A DNA stretch of 64,000 nucleotides from Rhodanobacteraceae bacterium (GTDB lineage: Bacteria > Pseudomonadota > Gammaproteobacteria > Xanthomonadales > Rhodanobacteraceae): positions 2,838-66,837 of the forward strand of contig JBOHYW010000002.1 in assembly GCA_050738155.1 (NCBI GenBank), written 5' to 3'. The position numbers were made by a program, and so were the translations under genes. Of the stretch, positions 9,593 to 18,782 are shown piece after piece. The notes under the pieces were generated by a model, which saw only the letters and a list, made by a program, of their open reading frames with translations, was not told the origin of the DNA and ran no database searches. Position 1 is the first letter of the stretch; every line of letters begins with the position of its first letter.

Positions 9593-11238
9593 GCCTGTCT
9601 ACCTGCCGGTCGAATACTTTCGGGGATGATTTCGGCGCCGAGCTGGCGCTGCATGTCCTGGATGATCGGATCCTCGGCGAGCGCACGCGCTACCGCGGAC
9701 TGTTCATCGGAACGCGCCTTGGCGGCACGGGTCGCGGGGGTCTCGGCCACGGCCTCGTGCACGATGCGCACGCGCAGTTTGCGGCCGATCGCGTCGCCCA
9801 GTTTGTCCTGCAATTGTTTGCACATCGCATCGCTGCAGAAAACCGCATGCTCAGGTTTCAGCACCAGTGTCAGCAACTCGCCCTCCAGCGATTTCGGCAC
9901 CGCGTTCTGCGCGAGCTGTCCGATCGGGCCGCCCAGATCCGCGCGCAAGATCCAGGCTTCCCAGTCCGCGATGCCGTCGATACGCGGCGCTGCGACCGGT
10001 TTCGATGCGGGTACAGGCGCCGCTGGCGAATCCGGCTTCCGTGATGACACGGGCGGTTTCGCGCTGTCGTGCGACGCCAGTGGCGCACTCGCAGCGGGCG
10101 ATGCCGACGAAGCCGCGCGTGCAGCCGGATGCGCGGGTGCAGCGCGCTCACCCGTCCCGCCACTGCGAAACGCCAGCATCCGCAGCAACGTCATCTCGAA
10201 GCCGGAACGAACGTCGGGGGCCAGCGGCAGGTCGCGACGGCCATGCAAGGCGAATTGATACCAGACCTGCACGTCCTCGGGGTCGACCGCGCCGGCGAGT
10301 TCGTCCAGCACCTCGCGCTCGGCTTCGTCACCCTGGAAGCCTGCAACCAGTTGCCGCAACTGGATGTGGTGCAATGCATTGGCGAGTTGTTCCAGCACCA
10401 CCGCAAAATCCGGCGACAGCCCGGCGATGCGGTCGGCCTCGTCCAGCAGCGCCTTGCCGTCGCCGGCCGCCAGCGCCCGCAGCAATGCTCCGACTTCGTT
10501 GTCGGCGATGGTACCCAGCATCGCACGCACGTCGTCGGCGCGCAGCGTGCCACCGCCGTGTGCAATGGCCTGGTCGAGCAACGACAAGCCATCGCGCAAC
10601 GAACCATCCGCGCCCCGCGCCAAGGCTTCCACGGCGCCATCGTCGAAGTCGATGCCTTCCTTGCCGAGGATCATCCGCATCTGCCCCGAGATTTGTTCCG
10701 GCAACAACCGCTTCAGGCCGAACTTCAGGCAGCGCGACAACACCGTCACCAGCAGTTTCTGCGGATCGGTGGTGGCGAGCAGGAACTTCACGTGTTCGGG
10801 CGGCTCTTCCAGCGTCTTCAGCAAGGCGTTGAAAGCGGCCTTGGAAAGCATGTGCACTTCGTCGATGAGGTACACCTTGAAGCGTCCGCGCGCCGGCGCA
10901 TACTGCGCGCTTTCGATCAGCTCGCGCACGTCGTCGACACCGGTGTTGCTGGCCGCGTCGATCTCGATCAGGTCGACGAAACGCCCGGCGTCCACCGCCG
11001 TGCAGATCGCGCATTCACCACAGGGATGCGCCGACATGCCACGTTCGCAATTGAGCGACTTGGCAAAGATGCGCGCGATGGTGGTCTTGCCGACCCCGCG
11101 CGTACCGGTAAATAGATAGGCGTGGTGCACGCGGCCGGAATCCAGCGCGTGCGCCAGCGCCTTGACGACGTGTTCCTGTCCAACCAGTTCGTCGAACTGT
11201 TTCGGACGCCATTTGCGGGCTAGGACCTGATACGTCAT
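9589..11238 (-). CDS. dnaX: DNA polymerase III subunit gamma/tau; the track ORF extends to 11337, and the likely start is MTYQVLARKWRP
   Basis: MTYQVLARKWRPKQFDELVGQEHV...GTRGVGKTT...YLIDEVHMLS clamp-loader AAA+ motifs. Confidence 0.93.
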   Translation of the reverse strand: MTYQVLARKWRPKQFDELVGQEHVVKALAHALDSGRVHHAYLFTGTRGVGKTTIARIFAKSLNCERGMSAHPCGECAICTAVDAGRFVDLIEIDAASNTGVDDVRELIESAQYAPARGRFKVYLIDEVHMLSKAAFNALLKTLEEPPEHVKFLLATTDPQKLLVTVLSRCLKFGLKRLLPEQISGQMRMILGKEGIDFDDGAVEALARGADGSLRDGLSLLDQAIAHGGGTLRADDVRAMLGTIADNEVGALLRALAAGDGKALLDEADRIAGLSPDFAVVLEQLANALHHIQLRQLVAGFQGDEAEREVLDELAGAVDPEDVQVWYQFALHGRRDLPLAPDVRSGFEMTLLRMLAFRSGGTGERAAPAHPAARAASSASPAASAPLASHDSAKPPVSSRKPDSPAAPVPASKPVAAPRIDGIADWEAWILRADLGGPIGQLAQNAVPKSLEGELLTLVLKPEHAVFCSDAMCKQLQDKLGDAIGRKLRVRIVHEAVAETPATRAAKARSDEQSAVARALAEDPIIQDMQRQLGAEIIPESIRPAGRQA

Positions 11239-11311
11239 GGGGCACAGTCTTGGGGCGAAACCCCATTGTGCCAAGTAAGGCGGCCAAGACCAAGCTCGCT
11301 GAGACCGCACC

Positions 11312-11469
11312 GTTGGGGTGAGTGTTGCGCGCCCCAACCTGCCGGGCCAGCTGAAACCGCAGGCTGGGGTGAGCGCTGTTTGCGAACCCCAACGGTACCA
11401 ACGGTCAAGTTCGATGATTCGTCACTAAGCCGCAAGACGTTGGGGTTCGCTTTGCTCACCCCAACCTAC
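11312..11469. repeat. cluster of three REP hairpins (GTTGGGG...CCCCAAC type)
   Basis: gttggggtgagtgttgcgcgccccaac, gctggggtgagcgctgtttgcgaaccccaac and gttggggttcgctttgctcaccccaacctac, read directly. Confidence 0.8.
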
Positions 11470-11479
11470 CGAACTCGCC

Positions 11480-11580
11480 AAATGGCGGCAGCCCCGCCAG
11501 CGTATCTCCGGCGCACGAGTCGATCGATACCGTTGCTTCCTTCCGGACCTGGCGGGATTTTCGATTTATCGTCGCGGGGG
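11480..11580 (-). repeat. 5'-truncated second copy of the SRP RNA core, 101 nt identical to 11694..11794
   Basis: Exact 101-nt match at an offset of 214 nt. It contains the domain IV motif but lacks the 5' strand GGTGGCCCCGTTGGCG needed for the closing helix. Confidence 0.8.
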
Positions 11581-11696
11581 GCGAGATGACGCGTTTGCGT
11601 GATGCCGGGGGCATTACGCGCGTCGTCGAGCGCCCGACCGGGGATGGCCGGGCCGGTGCCACGCACCATGGATGGTTGCTCGCACGATTTCAAAAA

Positions 11697-11810
11697 TGGC
11701 GGCAGCCCCGCCAGCGTATCTCCGGCGCACGAGTCGATCGATACCGTTGCTTCCTTCCGGACCTGGCGGGATTTTCGATTTATCGTCGCGGGGGCGCCAA
11801 CGGGGCCACC
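11697..11810 (-). ncRNA. ffs: signal recognition particle RNA (4.5S type, ~114 nt)
   Basis: Minus strand reads GGTGGCCCCGTTGGCGCCCCCGCGACG...CCAGGTCCGGAAGGAAGCAACGG...GTGCGCCGGAGATACGCTGGCGGGGCTGCCGCCA. This is collinear with E. coli 4.5S RNA. The 5' and 3' ends pair, and TTTTTG follows. Confidence 0.85.
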
Positions 11811-11825
11811 ATGAACTTCTGAAAC

Positions 11826-11918
11826 TGGCGGAGAGGAAGGGATTCGAACCCTTGAAGCGGGGTTTAGCCGCTTACACACTTTCCAGGCGTGCTCCTTCGA
11901 CCGCTCGGACACCTCTCC
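11826..11918 (-). tRNA. tRNA-Ser (anticodon GGA)
   Basis: 93 nt, GGAGAGGTGTCCGAGCGG...CTGGAAA...long variable arm...GGTTCGAATCCCTTCCTCTCCGCCA. Confidence 0.9.
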
Positions 11919-11964
11919 GAGAAAGTGAACGCAGCAGGATACCGGCGTCCGGAGTTTCGGGCAA

Positions 11965-12411
11965 TCATTTTGGCCATGTCCGTGGGTCAGGATGCAGCCA
12001 CTCCGCGGCGCCTTCGAGGTAATGCTCGCGCTTCCAGATCGGCACCCGCGCCTTGACCTCGTCGATCACGTAGCGGCAGGCGTCGAATGCGGCGGCACGA
12101 TGCCCGGCCGACGCGCCGGCCCATACAGCAATGTCGCCGATCGCAAGATCGCCTGTCCGGTGCACGCACACAACGCGTTCCACGTCGAACCGCGCACGTG
12201 CTTGCTCGATGATGTGCAGGCCCTCGGCTTCCGCAAGTTCAACGTAAGCCTGGTACGACAGCCCGTTCACCGTCCGACCGTCGTTGTGATTTCGCACACG
12301 GCCCTCGAAGCACACCGCAGCGCCGATCGTCTGCCCTTCCAGTTCCCGCCGCAACTGCGCCACGTCGATCGGCGAGTCCAGCAATGCGAAATCGCGCACG
12401 TCAGCCACCAC
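11965..12411 (-). CDS. moaE: molybdopterin synthase catalytic subunit
   Basis: 148-aa ORF overlapping the moaD stop; moaA-C-D-E order. Confidence 0.85.
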   Translation of the reverse strand: MVADVRDFALLDSPIDVAQLRRELEGQTIGAAVCFEGRVRNHNDGRTVNGLSYQAYVELAEAEGLHIIEQARARFDVERVVCVHRTGDLAIGDIAVWAGASAGHRAAAFDACRYVIDEVKARVPIWKREHYLEGAAEWLHPDPRTWPK

Positions 12412-12640
12412 TCACCGGCGGCAGGAATACCACTTCGTCGTTATCGGCGAGGCGATGCTCCCAATCCGTGAATGCACCATTGACCGCGACGCGCAGACGC
12501 TCAGGCGTGAAGGTGAAACCGTGGCGCGCCGCGAGTTCGGCATACAGGGCCCGCACGTCCCGCGCATCGCTGGCGACGGCTTCCTCGCTGCGACCCGCGG
12601 CGTCACGCAACGAAGCGAAATAGAGCATCCTGTAATTCAT
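12401..12640 (-). CDS. moaD: molybdopterin synthase sulfur-carrier subunit; internal start [11 protein letters not shown]
   Basis: 79 aa ending in VSGG (C-terminal Gly-Gly). ATGA-type overlap with the moaC stop at 12637. Confidence 0.85.
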   Translation of the reverse strand: MNYRMLYFASLRDAAGRSEEAVASDARDVRALYAELAARHGFTFTPERLRVAVNGAFTDWEHRLADNDEVVFLPPVSGG

Positions 12641-13140
12641 CGTTTGGCAGCCGCACGCGCCCTGCCCTTGCGCACGTCCCGTTTTCCGCCCGATTTTTCC
12701 AGCAGGCGTACACCTTCGATTACGATTTCGTGCGAGAGCGCCTTGCACATGTCGTAGACCGTGAGCGCCGCGACGCTGGCGCCGGTCAGGGCTTCCATTT
12801 CGACCCCGGTCTTGTGCGTGATGGCAACTTCGCAGCGAATCGCCAATTGCGTGTCCGACACGAAACCGGCTTCGATCTTGCAGCGTTCGATTGCCAACGG
12901 ATGGCAGAACGGAATCAATTCGTGGGTACGTTTGGCGGCCATGGTGCCGGCGATCACGGCGGTGTCGAGCACCGGCCCTTTGGGCGATCGCAGACCGCCA
13001 TCACGCAAGGTGGCGGCAACCTTCGGTGGGAAACGCACCACGGCCTCGGCCACCGCGACCCGCGCGGTGACGGCCTTGGCGCCGACATCGACCATGCGCG
13101 GGCGGTTGGACGCATCCAGATGAGATAGCTTCGTTGCCAT
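12637..13140 (-). CDS. moaC: cyclic pyranopterin monophosphate synthase; the track ORF extends to 13170
   Basis: [29 protein letters not shown]...MCKA motifs. Confidence 0.9.
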   Translation of the reverse strand: MATKLSHLDASNRPRMVDVGAKAVTARVAVAEAVVRFPPKVAATLRDGGLRSPKGPVLDTAVIAGTMAAKRTHELIPFCHPLAIERCKIEAGFVSDTQLAIRCEVAITHKTGVEMEALTGASVAALTVYDMCKALSHEIVIEGVRLLEKSGGKRDVRKGRARAAAKR

Positions 13141-13164
13141 TACATACCAAAAGAGAAAGGCACT

Positions 13165-13267
13165 TGACACGGATTGTCACGGATAAAAGCGGACCAAGCC
13201 AAGTGCAACCACGGTTTCGCACGTGAAGCCACGCTTATCCGAATTGATCCGCCGTTATCCGTATCCA
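13165..13267. repeat. structured hairpin repeat, CACGGAT family, copy A; inside the moa operon between moaA and moaC
   Basis: gACACGGATtgtCACGGATaaaaGCGGAC ... ttATCCGAAttgATCCGCCgttATCCGTAtcc. Three forward and three inverted ~10-nt modules. Confidence 0.75.
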
Positions 13268-13295
13268 ATGCATTTGCTGCCATCTCGACCAAGGT

Positions 13296-14342
13296 CTACC
13301 CGCCAATACGATACATCTCGACATGCTCCAGCACACCGGCCGCGCGCAATTCCGCGCGGCGTTCACTGTAGCGGTCGCCGCGGTGGCTCCAGATGCCCGC
13401 GACGGTCGCGCGCAATGCCTCGTCGGATTCGCCGGCTCGCAGCAGCACGCGCAGGTCGTGGCCTGAGTGCGCGAACAGGCAGGTATACAGCTTGCCGTCG
13501 GCGGACAGCCGCGCGCGGGTGCAGCCGCCGCAGAACGGCTCGGTGACCGAGTTGATGAAACCGACTTCGCCACCCCCGTCGCGAAACCGCCAGCGGCGCG
13601 CGGTTGCCGAAGGGTTGCGTGGCAACGGTTCCAGCGGCCAGCGCGCATCGATGCGGCGAACCAGTTCTGCACCCGGCACCACCCGGTCGCTGCGCCAGCC
13701 ATTGACGGTGCCGACGTCCATGTATTCGATGAACCGCACGATATGCCCACTGCCGCGGAAGCGTTGCAACAGATCGAATATCCCATCGTCGTTCACGCCG
13801 CGCATCACCACGCAATTGATCTTGAGTGGCGCGAAACCAGCCTGCTCGGCCGCGGCGATCGCCGCCTCGACTTCGGCGAGTTCACCGCGTCCGCCCGACA
13901 TGCGCCGGAAGGTTTCGGGATTGGCGCTGTCCATGCTCAAGGTGATGCGGTTCAAGCCTGCGTCGCGCAGTGGCTGCGCCAGCTTCGGCAGCAACACGCC
14001 ATTGCTGGTCAGCGCCAGGTCCTCGACGCCCTCGATCGCGGCAAGCCGCGCCACCAGATCCGCGATGTCGCGCCGCAGCAGTGGTTCGCCACCGGTCAGC
14101 CGCAACTTGCGCACACCCAACGACACGAAGGCGCGCGCGATGCGCACGATCTCGTCGAAATCCAGCCGGTCGCGCGCACGCAGGAACGGGTGCCCGGCGG
14201 GATACGCCTCTTCCGGCATGCAATAGGGACAACGGAAATTGCAACGGTCGATCAGCGAAATGCGCAAGTCCGCAAGCACCCGCCCCAGCGCATCCGGCGG
14301 CGCCGGTGTACGTTGCAGGGTCAGCGGTGACTCGGGTTTCAT
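13296..14342 (-). CDS. moaA: GTP 3',8-cyclase (radical SAM)
   Basis: CNFRCPYCMP radical-SAM cluster, TGGEPLLR, and a C-terminal CGGCTRARL cluster. Confidence 0.93.
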   Translation of the reverse strand: MKPESPLTLQRTPAPPDALGRVLADLRISLIDRCNFRCPYCMPEEAYPAGHPFLRARDRLDFDEIVRIARAFVSLGVRKLRLTGGEPLLRRDIADLVARLAAIEGVEDLALTSNGVLLPKLAQPLRDAGLNRITLSMDSANPETFRRMSGGRGELAEVEAAIAAAEQAGFAPLKINCVVMRGVNDDGIFDLLQRFRGSGHIVRFIEYMDVGTVNGWRSDRVVPGAELVRRIDARWPLEPLPRNPSATARRWRFRDGGGEVGFINSVTEPFCGGCTRARLSADGKLYTCLFAHSGHDLRVLLRAGESDEALRATVAGIWSHRGDRYSERRAELRAAGVLEHVEMYRIGG

Positions 14343-15163
14343 CAGCCGGCCTCCACCCGCACGGGGTGCGGCGCGTGCAGCGGATAACGGCCGTCCGGGG
14401 TCGCCACCTTGAAGCCGCGTTGGCGCAGCGCGTCGGCATCGGCGGCGCTGGAATAGTGGTACAGGAGCAGACGGTCGCGCAATGCAGGCGGATATTCGCG
14501 CTCGAGATCATCCACGCCCGTGTGCGACGGGTTGCCGGTCAACGCACAATCGTGTGCGACCAGGGTGTGTTCGTCGGAATACGCCGCCACCGCTTCCGGA
14601 ATTGGCCGGGTGTCGCCGGTCCACGCGAAGCAACCGCGCAGCGCGACACCGAACGAAGTCCCCGGCACGTGGTGGCGGGTCGCGAACACGTCGAACCACC
14701 ATTCGTCCAGCCAGAAACCGCGCGACAACGCGACCAGCCGAAAGCCTTCCCAGAAATTCGAGCCACCTTCGGCGATCGCGTTGGGATAATCGGCGACCCG
14801 CGCCTGCAGGATCGGCACCAGGTTCGCATGCACGAACAATTTGACCTGCCCACGCAGGCCGTGACCAAACCACGCGGCATGGAACAGGCGCTCCAGGCCG
14901 GCGACGTGATCCATATGGCCATGGGTGATGAACACCGCCGACGGCAACGCGCCGTAGCACCTGAGGTAATGTTCCAACGTGCCGGGACCGCAGTCGATGA
15001 GCAACACCGGCCGACCATCACGTTCCAGCACCGCACCGGACGAACCCAGATCGACCGCGCTGGCGGCGCCCGTACCCAGCACGTGCAGCGACCATGTGCC
15101 CTCGCCGCCAGCGGCAGGCGGGGGCGGTGTCGTCTCGCCCGGGTGCGCCGTGGATTTCTTCAT
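14342..15163 (-). CDS. MBL-fold metallo-hydrolase
   Basis: 273 aa with THGHMDH (the HxHxDH motif). 1-nt overlap with the moaA start. Confidence 0.8.
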   Translation of the reverse strand: MKKSTAHPGETTPPPPAAGGEGTWSLHVLGTGAASAVDLGSSGAVLERDGRPVLLIDCGPGTLEHYLRCYGALPSAVFITHGHMDHVAGLERLFHAAWFGHGLRGQVKLFVHANLVPILQARVADYPNAIAEGGSNFWEGFRLVALSRGFWLDEWWFDVFATRHHVPGTSFGVALRGCFAWTGDTRPIPEAVAAYSDEHTLVAHDCALTGNPSHTGVDDLEREYPPALRDRLLLYHYSSAADADALRQRGFKVATPDGRYPLHAPHPVRVEAG

Positions 15164-15930
15164 GGACTGTTTCCGAAAGCGTGTTGATAGCCGTGCAGGA
15201 ACGGCGTCCAGATTTCGCGATCCAGCGCCGCCTCGTCATGATCGCACGCGCCGACCTTCAGCAGCGAACGCTTGAATCGCGCAAGGTTGGCCAGCTTCCA
15301 GGCGGTGCCGATCGCACGAATTTCACCACGATCGAAATCGATCAACCACAAATCTTCGCCGGCCATGAGGATATTGTGCGCGTTCAAGTCAGCGTGATCC
15401 ACGCCCGCAACGTGGAACCGCGCAATCAGCGCACCGACGCGTCCGGCAAGCGCGGCGTCGAGTCGATCCTGTGCGATGATCTCGGTGAGCGTTTGCGCCC
15501 CCTCGATCGTGCGCGTGATCAGGTCCGCGGTGTAGTACGGCCCGCGCCGTCGGTAGCGCGCGGCGACCGGCATCGGCACCGGCAATCCGCGCTGAACGAG
15601 TTCCGCCAGCAGGTGGAATTCCGCGAACCCACGGCTGCGAAGGCGGCTGTTCCACAGGTAGCGATCGCCCAGTAGCGGCGCCATCCAGCCACCACGCTGG
15701 TAGTGGCGCAATACGCACGGCCCCGCCTGAGTGTCGAGAAACGCCACCCCACCGCGTCCTCCAGGCCCCGGACGCATGCGGTTCTGCGATTGCCACCAGC
15801 CACGTTCGAACCAATCGCCGGTTGGAGATTCGGCAAGATTCGCGTCGAACACCATCGCATCGTTCCCGGATGCGACAATGCGCGGGTCGACGGCAGGGCG
15901 TGCCCCGTTCGAAAGCGTCGGCGTATTCAC
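15160..15930 (-). CDS. kdkA: 3-deoxy-D-manno-octulosonic acid (Kdo) kinase
   Basis: 256 aa. VLRHYQRGGWMAPLLGDRYLW, HADLNAHNILM and WLIDFDRG are kinase-fold motifs typical of KdkA. Confidence 0.8.
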   Translation of the reverse strand: MNTPTLSNGARPAVDPRIVASGNDAMVFDANLAESPTGDWFERGWWQSQNRMRPGPGGRGGVAFLDTQAGPCVLRHYQRGGWMAPLLGDRYLWNSRLRSRGFAEFHLLAELVQRGLPVPMPVAARYRRRGPYYTADLITRTIEGAQTLTEIIAQDRLDAALAGRVGALIARFHVAGVDHADLNAHNILMAGEDLWLIDFDRGEIRAIGTAWKLANLARFKRSLLKVGACDHDEAALDREIWTPFLHGYQHAFGNSP

Positions 15931-15951
15931 TCCACCAGTTTAGCAAGCCCG

Positions 15952-16995
15952 ATGGCCGCAATCCCGCAAACCTTGTGCCTGTTGCGCACTTCCGCGCTCG
16001 GCGACGTCACCCACGTCGTGCCACTGGTACGCACGCTGCAGTCGGCCTGGCCAGCCACGCAACTGACGTGGCTGATCGGCAAACTGGAGCGCAAGCTGGT
16101 CGGCGATATTCCCGGCATCGAATTCGTGACCTTCGACAAAAGCGCAGGCTTGGCCGCTTACCGCGCGGTGCGGCGCGCCATTGGCGCGCGACGTTTCGAC
16201 GCGCTGCTGCACATGCAGGTCGCGTTGCGCGCCAACCTGCTCAGCCTGTGCATGCATGCCGACCGACGGGTTGGCTATGACCATGCGCGCTCGAAGGACC
16301 TGCACGGGTTGTTCGTGCGCGAACGCATTCCCGCGCGCACCGGCGAACACGTGCTGGACGCGATCGGGAGTTTCGTCGAACCGCTGGGTCTCGAGCAGAC
16401 CACGGTGCGCTGGGACATCCCGATTCCGGAAGCAGCGCGTGCATGGGCGGCTGCGCAATGGCCCGACGACGGCCAACCCGTGCTGCTGATTTCGGCCAGT
16501 TCCAGCCACGCGCTGCGCAACTGGCGTGCCGAGCGCTACGCCACGGTCGCCGATCACGCGGCGACGGCGCTGCACATGCGGGTGGTGCTGACCGGCGGTC
16601 CATCGGCAGCCGAACGCGCGTTGGGCGACGCCATCCTCGCCGCGATGAAGACGCGGCCGCTGGATCTCATCGGCAAGGACACCCTGAAGCGCGCGTTGGC
16701 CGCGTACCAGCGCGCCACGATTGTGCTGACCCCGGACGCCGGTCCGATGCACATGGCCAACGCGGTCAGTGCCAAGGTGCTCGGCCTGCACGCCGCCAGC
16801 AATCCCGCGCGTTCCGGGCCGTATTCCGACCGCCACTGGTGCGTGGATCGCTACGACGATGCCGCGCGCAAATACCTGCACAAGAGCGCCGCCGAAATTC
16901 CGTGGGGCACCAAGATCGAATATCCCGGTGTGATGGACCTGGTGACGGTGGATGACGTGGTGGAGAAGCTCGAAACCTTCATCCAAACCGGGTAG
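15952..16995 (+). CDS. GT9-family LPS heptosyltransferase; internal start MAAIPQTLCLLRTSALGDV
   Basis: LRTSALGDVTHVVPL N-terminus and a ...GPMHMANA... C-terminal motif, both typical of the WaaC/WaaF family. The track ORF from 15703 overlaps kdkA and is rejected. Confidence 0.8.
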   Translation: MAAIPQTLCLLRTSALGDVTHVVPLVRTLQSAWPATQLTWLIGKLERKLVGDIPGIEFVTFDKSAGLAAYRAVRRAIGARRFDALLHMQVALRANLLSLCMHADRRVGYDHARSKDLHGLFVRERIPARTGEHVLDAIGSFVEPLGLEQTTVRWDIPIPEAARAWAAAQWPDDGQPVLLISASSSHALRNWRAERYATVADHAATALHMRVVLTGGPSAAERALGDAILAAMKTRPLDLIGKDTLKRALAAYQRATIVLTPDAGPMHMANAVSAKVLGLHAASNPARSGPYSDRHWCVDRYDDAARKYLHKSAAEIPWGTKIEYPGVMDLVTVDDVVEKLETFIQTG

Positions 16996-17044
16996 GCGCG
17001 GCAACGCGCGCCATGTTTATCTGTCGCGCGCGTGGGGCGCGCCC

Positions 17045-17335
17045 ACTACAGCCATGTGGATTGGGCTGAGCCTTGCGAAGCCCAACGCAATCGCGTGGGC
17101 AGTGTTGGGCTTCCGCCGATAAAGCCGGCGTCAGCCCAACCTACGCTTGCTTCCACAATCGCCAGCTCGATGAGAGAGGAGCGGGCCACGCCCGCAATGC
17201 TCGTCTTTCGCGCGCATGGCGCGCGCCCACCACAGCCACGTAGGTTGGGTTGAGCCTTGCGAAGCCCAACGCAATCGGCGGGCGGTGTTGGGCTTCCGCT
17301 GATAAAGCCGGCGTCAGCCTAACCTACGCTTGCTT
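17045..17335. repeat. tandem composite REP array; two ~185-bp units, each with two GTTGGGC/GCCCAAC hairpins
   Basis: Unit 1 (about 17045-17150) and unit 2 (about 17230-17335) align by eye: ...ttgggctgagccttgcgaagcccaacgcaatcg...gtgttgggcttccgc.gataaagccggcgtcagcc.aacctacgcttgcttc. Confidence 0.8.
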
Positions 17336-17421
17336 CGTGGGAGCGGGCCACGCCCGCGACGGAAGCGCCTTGGTTACCGCACCCTTTGGCGATGCTTCAC
17401 CGGTCGCGAGCACGCTCGCTC

Positions 17422-17823
17422 CTATGTGTGCGCGCCGTAATCCTGGTACGACTTCTCTTCCACCAGCCTCGACCCGAGCTTCACGTTGATCGCGCGCTTG
17501 ACTGCCGCGCGTTGGTCATTGGTGTGGTAAACCTCGCGCGCCAGCTCGATGAAACGCGCGTCGAAAGCCCGGTCGCGTTCCTTCAGGCGGATCTCGTCCT
17601 CGATCCCCCACAGCGCTTCATTGATGCGTTTCAACTCCGCACGCTCGGCGGAAATGTCGGTGCGCGACGCGGGATCGCGCGTCCACAGACCATCCAGCAA
17701 TTGCAACTCGTCGCGTACGTTGGCCAGCTTGGCCGCATCGCCAATGCGTTCAGACTTGATTTCGAGAATCGTGATCTTGTCGATCAGTTCGCCGTGGGAA
17801 ATCGGCGCCGATATCAGGCTCAT
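17422..17823 (-). CDS. conserved hypothetical, DUF6165-like; internal start MSLISAPISHGELIDKITILEIK
   Basis: 133-aa helical protein. The family assignment is from memory of the HGELIDKITILEIK-type N-terminus. Confidence 0.55.
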   Translation of the reverse strand: MSLISAPISHGELIDKITILEIKSERIGDAAKLANVRDELQLLDGLWTRDPASRTDISAERAELKRINEALWGIEDEIRLKERDRAFDARFIELAREVYHTNDQRAAVKRAINVKLGSRLVEEKSYQDYGAHT

Positions 17824-17970
17824 GCTCGTTCGCTCGGGAATCATTCGGAAAGGTGTATGCAGACTAACGGCGCCGCGCGGATTGCACACTCCCGGCTTGC
17901 ATTTTTTCGCGTTTGTCCCAAGTTCCAAAACAGGTTCGCAAGCAAGGAACGACGTTTCCGGGAGCATTTC

Positions 17971-18670
17971 GATGAAAATTCTGATGATAGTTACCTCACA
18001 TGGCCAGCTCGGTGAAACCGGCAAATCCACCGGGCTATGGCTGGAAGAACTCGCCAGTCCGTACTATGTTTTCAAGGGTGCCGGCGCCGAAATCACGCTG
18101 GCATCGCCCGCCGGCGGGCAGCCACCGGTTGATCCGGGCAGCGAACAAACCGGCAACCAGACCGAAGCCACCAAACGCTTCCAGGCCGACGGCGAAGCCA
18201 TGCAGGCACTCGCGAATACCCACAAGTTGGCGGATATCGACCCCGATACCTACGACGCGGTGTTTTATCCGGGCGGCCATGGTCCATTGTGGGATCTGGC
18301 GGACAACCAGGATTCGCTGCACGTGATCGAAAGCTTGTACGCGGCCGGCAAACCGGTCGCGGCGATTTGCCACGGCCCGGCGGCACTGCGCGACGCGCGC
18401 GGGCCTTACGGATTACCGCTGCTGCGCGGCAAGGCCGTCACCGGGTTTTCCGATTCCGAGGAGCAGGCCGCGGGTCTCGTGGATGTCGTGCCGTTCCTGA
18501 TCGAGGACATGTTGAAGGAAAGCGGCGCGGAGTATTCGAAAGCCGCGGACGGACAGGCACACGTCGTCACGTCCGGTAACCTCATCACCGGCCAGAACCC
18601 GGCATCGTCGGCCGGTGCCGCGAAAGCCGTCCTGCAACAGTTGCGCCAACCGGCCACGAAAGCGGCTTGA
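17971..18670 (+). CDS. DJ-1/PfpI (type 1 glutamine amidotransferase-like) protein
   Basis: MKILMIVTSH...PGGHGPLWDL...AAICHGPAAL (nucleophile-elbow Cys). The track ORF from 17549 is rejected as a 5' extension. Confidence 0.85.
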
Positions 18671-18782
18671 GTGGCAGCTGGCGACCACGCCCGCTTCGTC
18701 TTGACCGTTGCACAATGCCCCCGATTCCCGGCGCACCGGCAGGAGACACGGGATCGGGCCGCGGCTGGGAGCTTCCGACGAG

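Noticed and set aside
9589-11238. Programmed frameshift or slippery site in dnaX (gamma subunit production)
   Set aside because: I looked for an A-run or A AAA AAG-like heptamer on the coding strand and saw none. This cannot be assessed further by eye.
13296-14345. Moco riboswitch upstream of moaA
   Set aside because: The moaA start overlaps the stop of the upstream MBL-hydrolase gene, so there is no leader to hold a riboswitch. The only structured element in the operon is the CACGGAT hairpin between moaA and moaC, which does not resemble the Moco motif as I remember it.
15703-15951. 5' extensions of track ORFs (15703 for the heptosyltransferase; also 17549 for DJ-1, 57355 for DLH, 60436 for pxpA, 61367 for DUF969, 62272 for pcp, 31335..32924 for the membrane protein, and 33820..35316 for a GT4)
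   Set aside because: The extensions overlap neighbouring genes on the other strand or the upstream gene. They are Arg/Pro-rich and precede internal starts that give family-typical N-termini, often with ATGA-type coupling.
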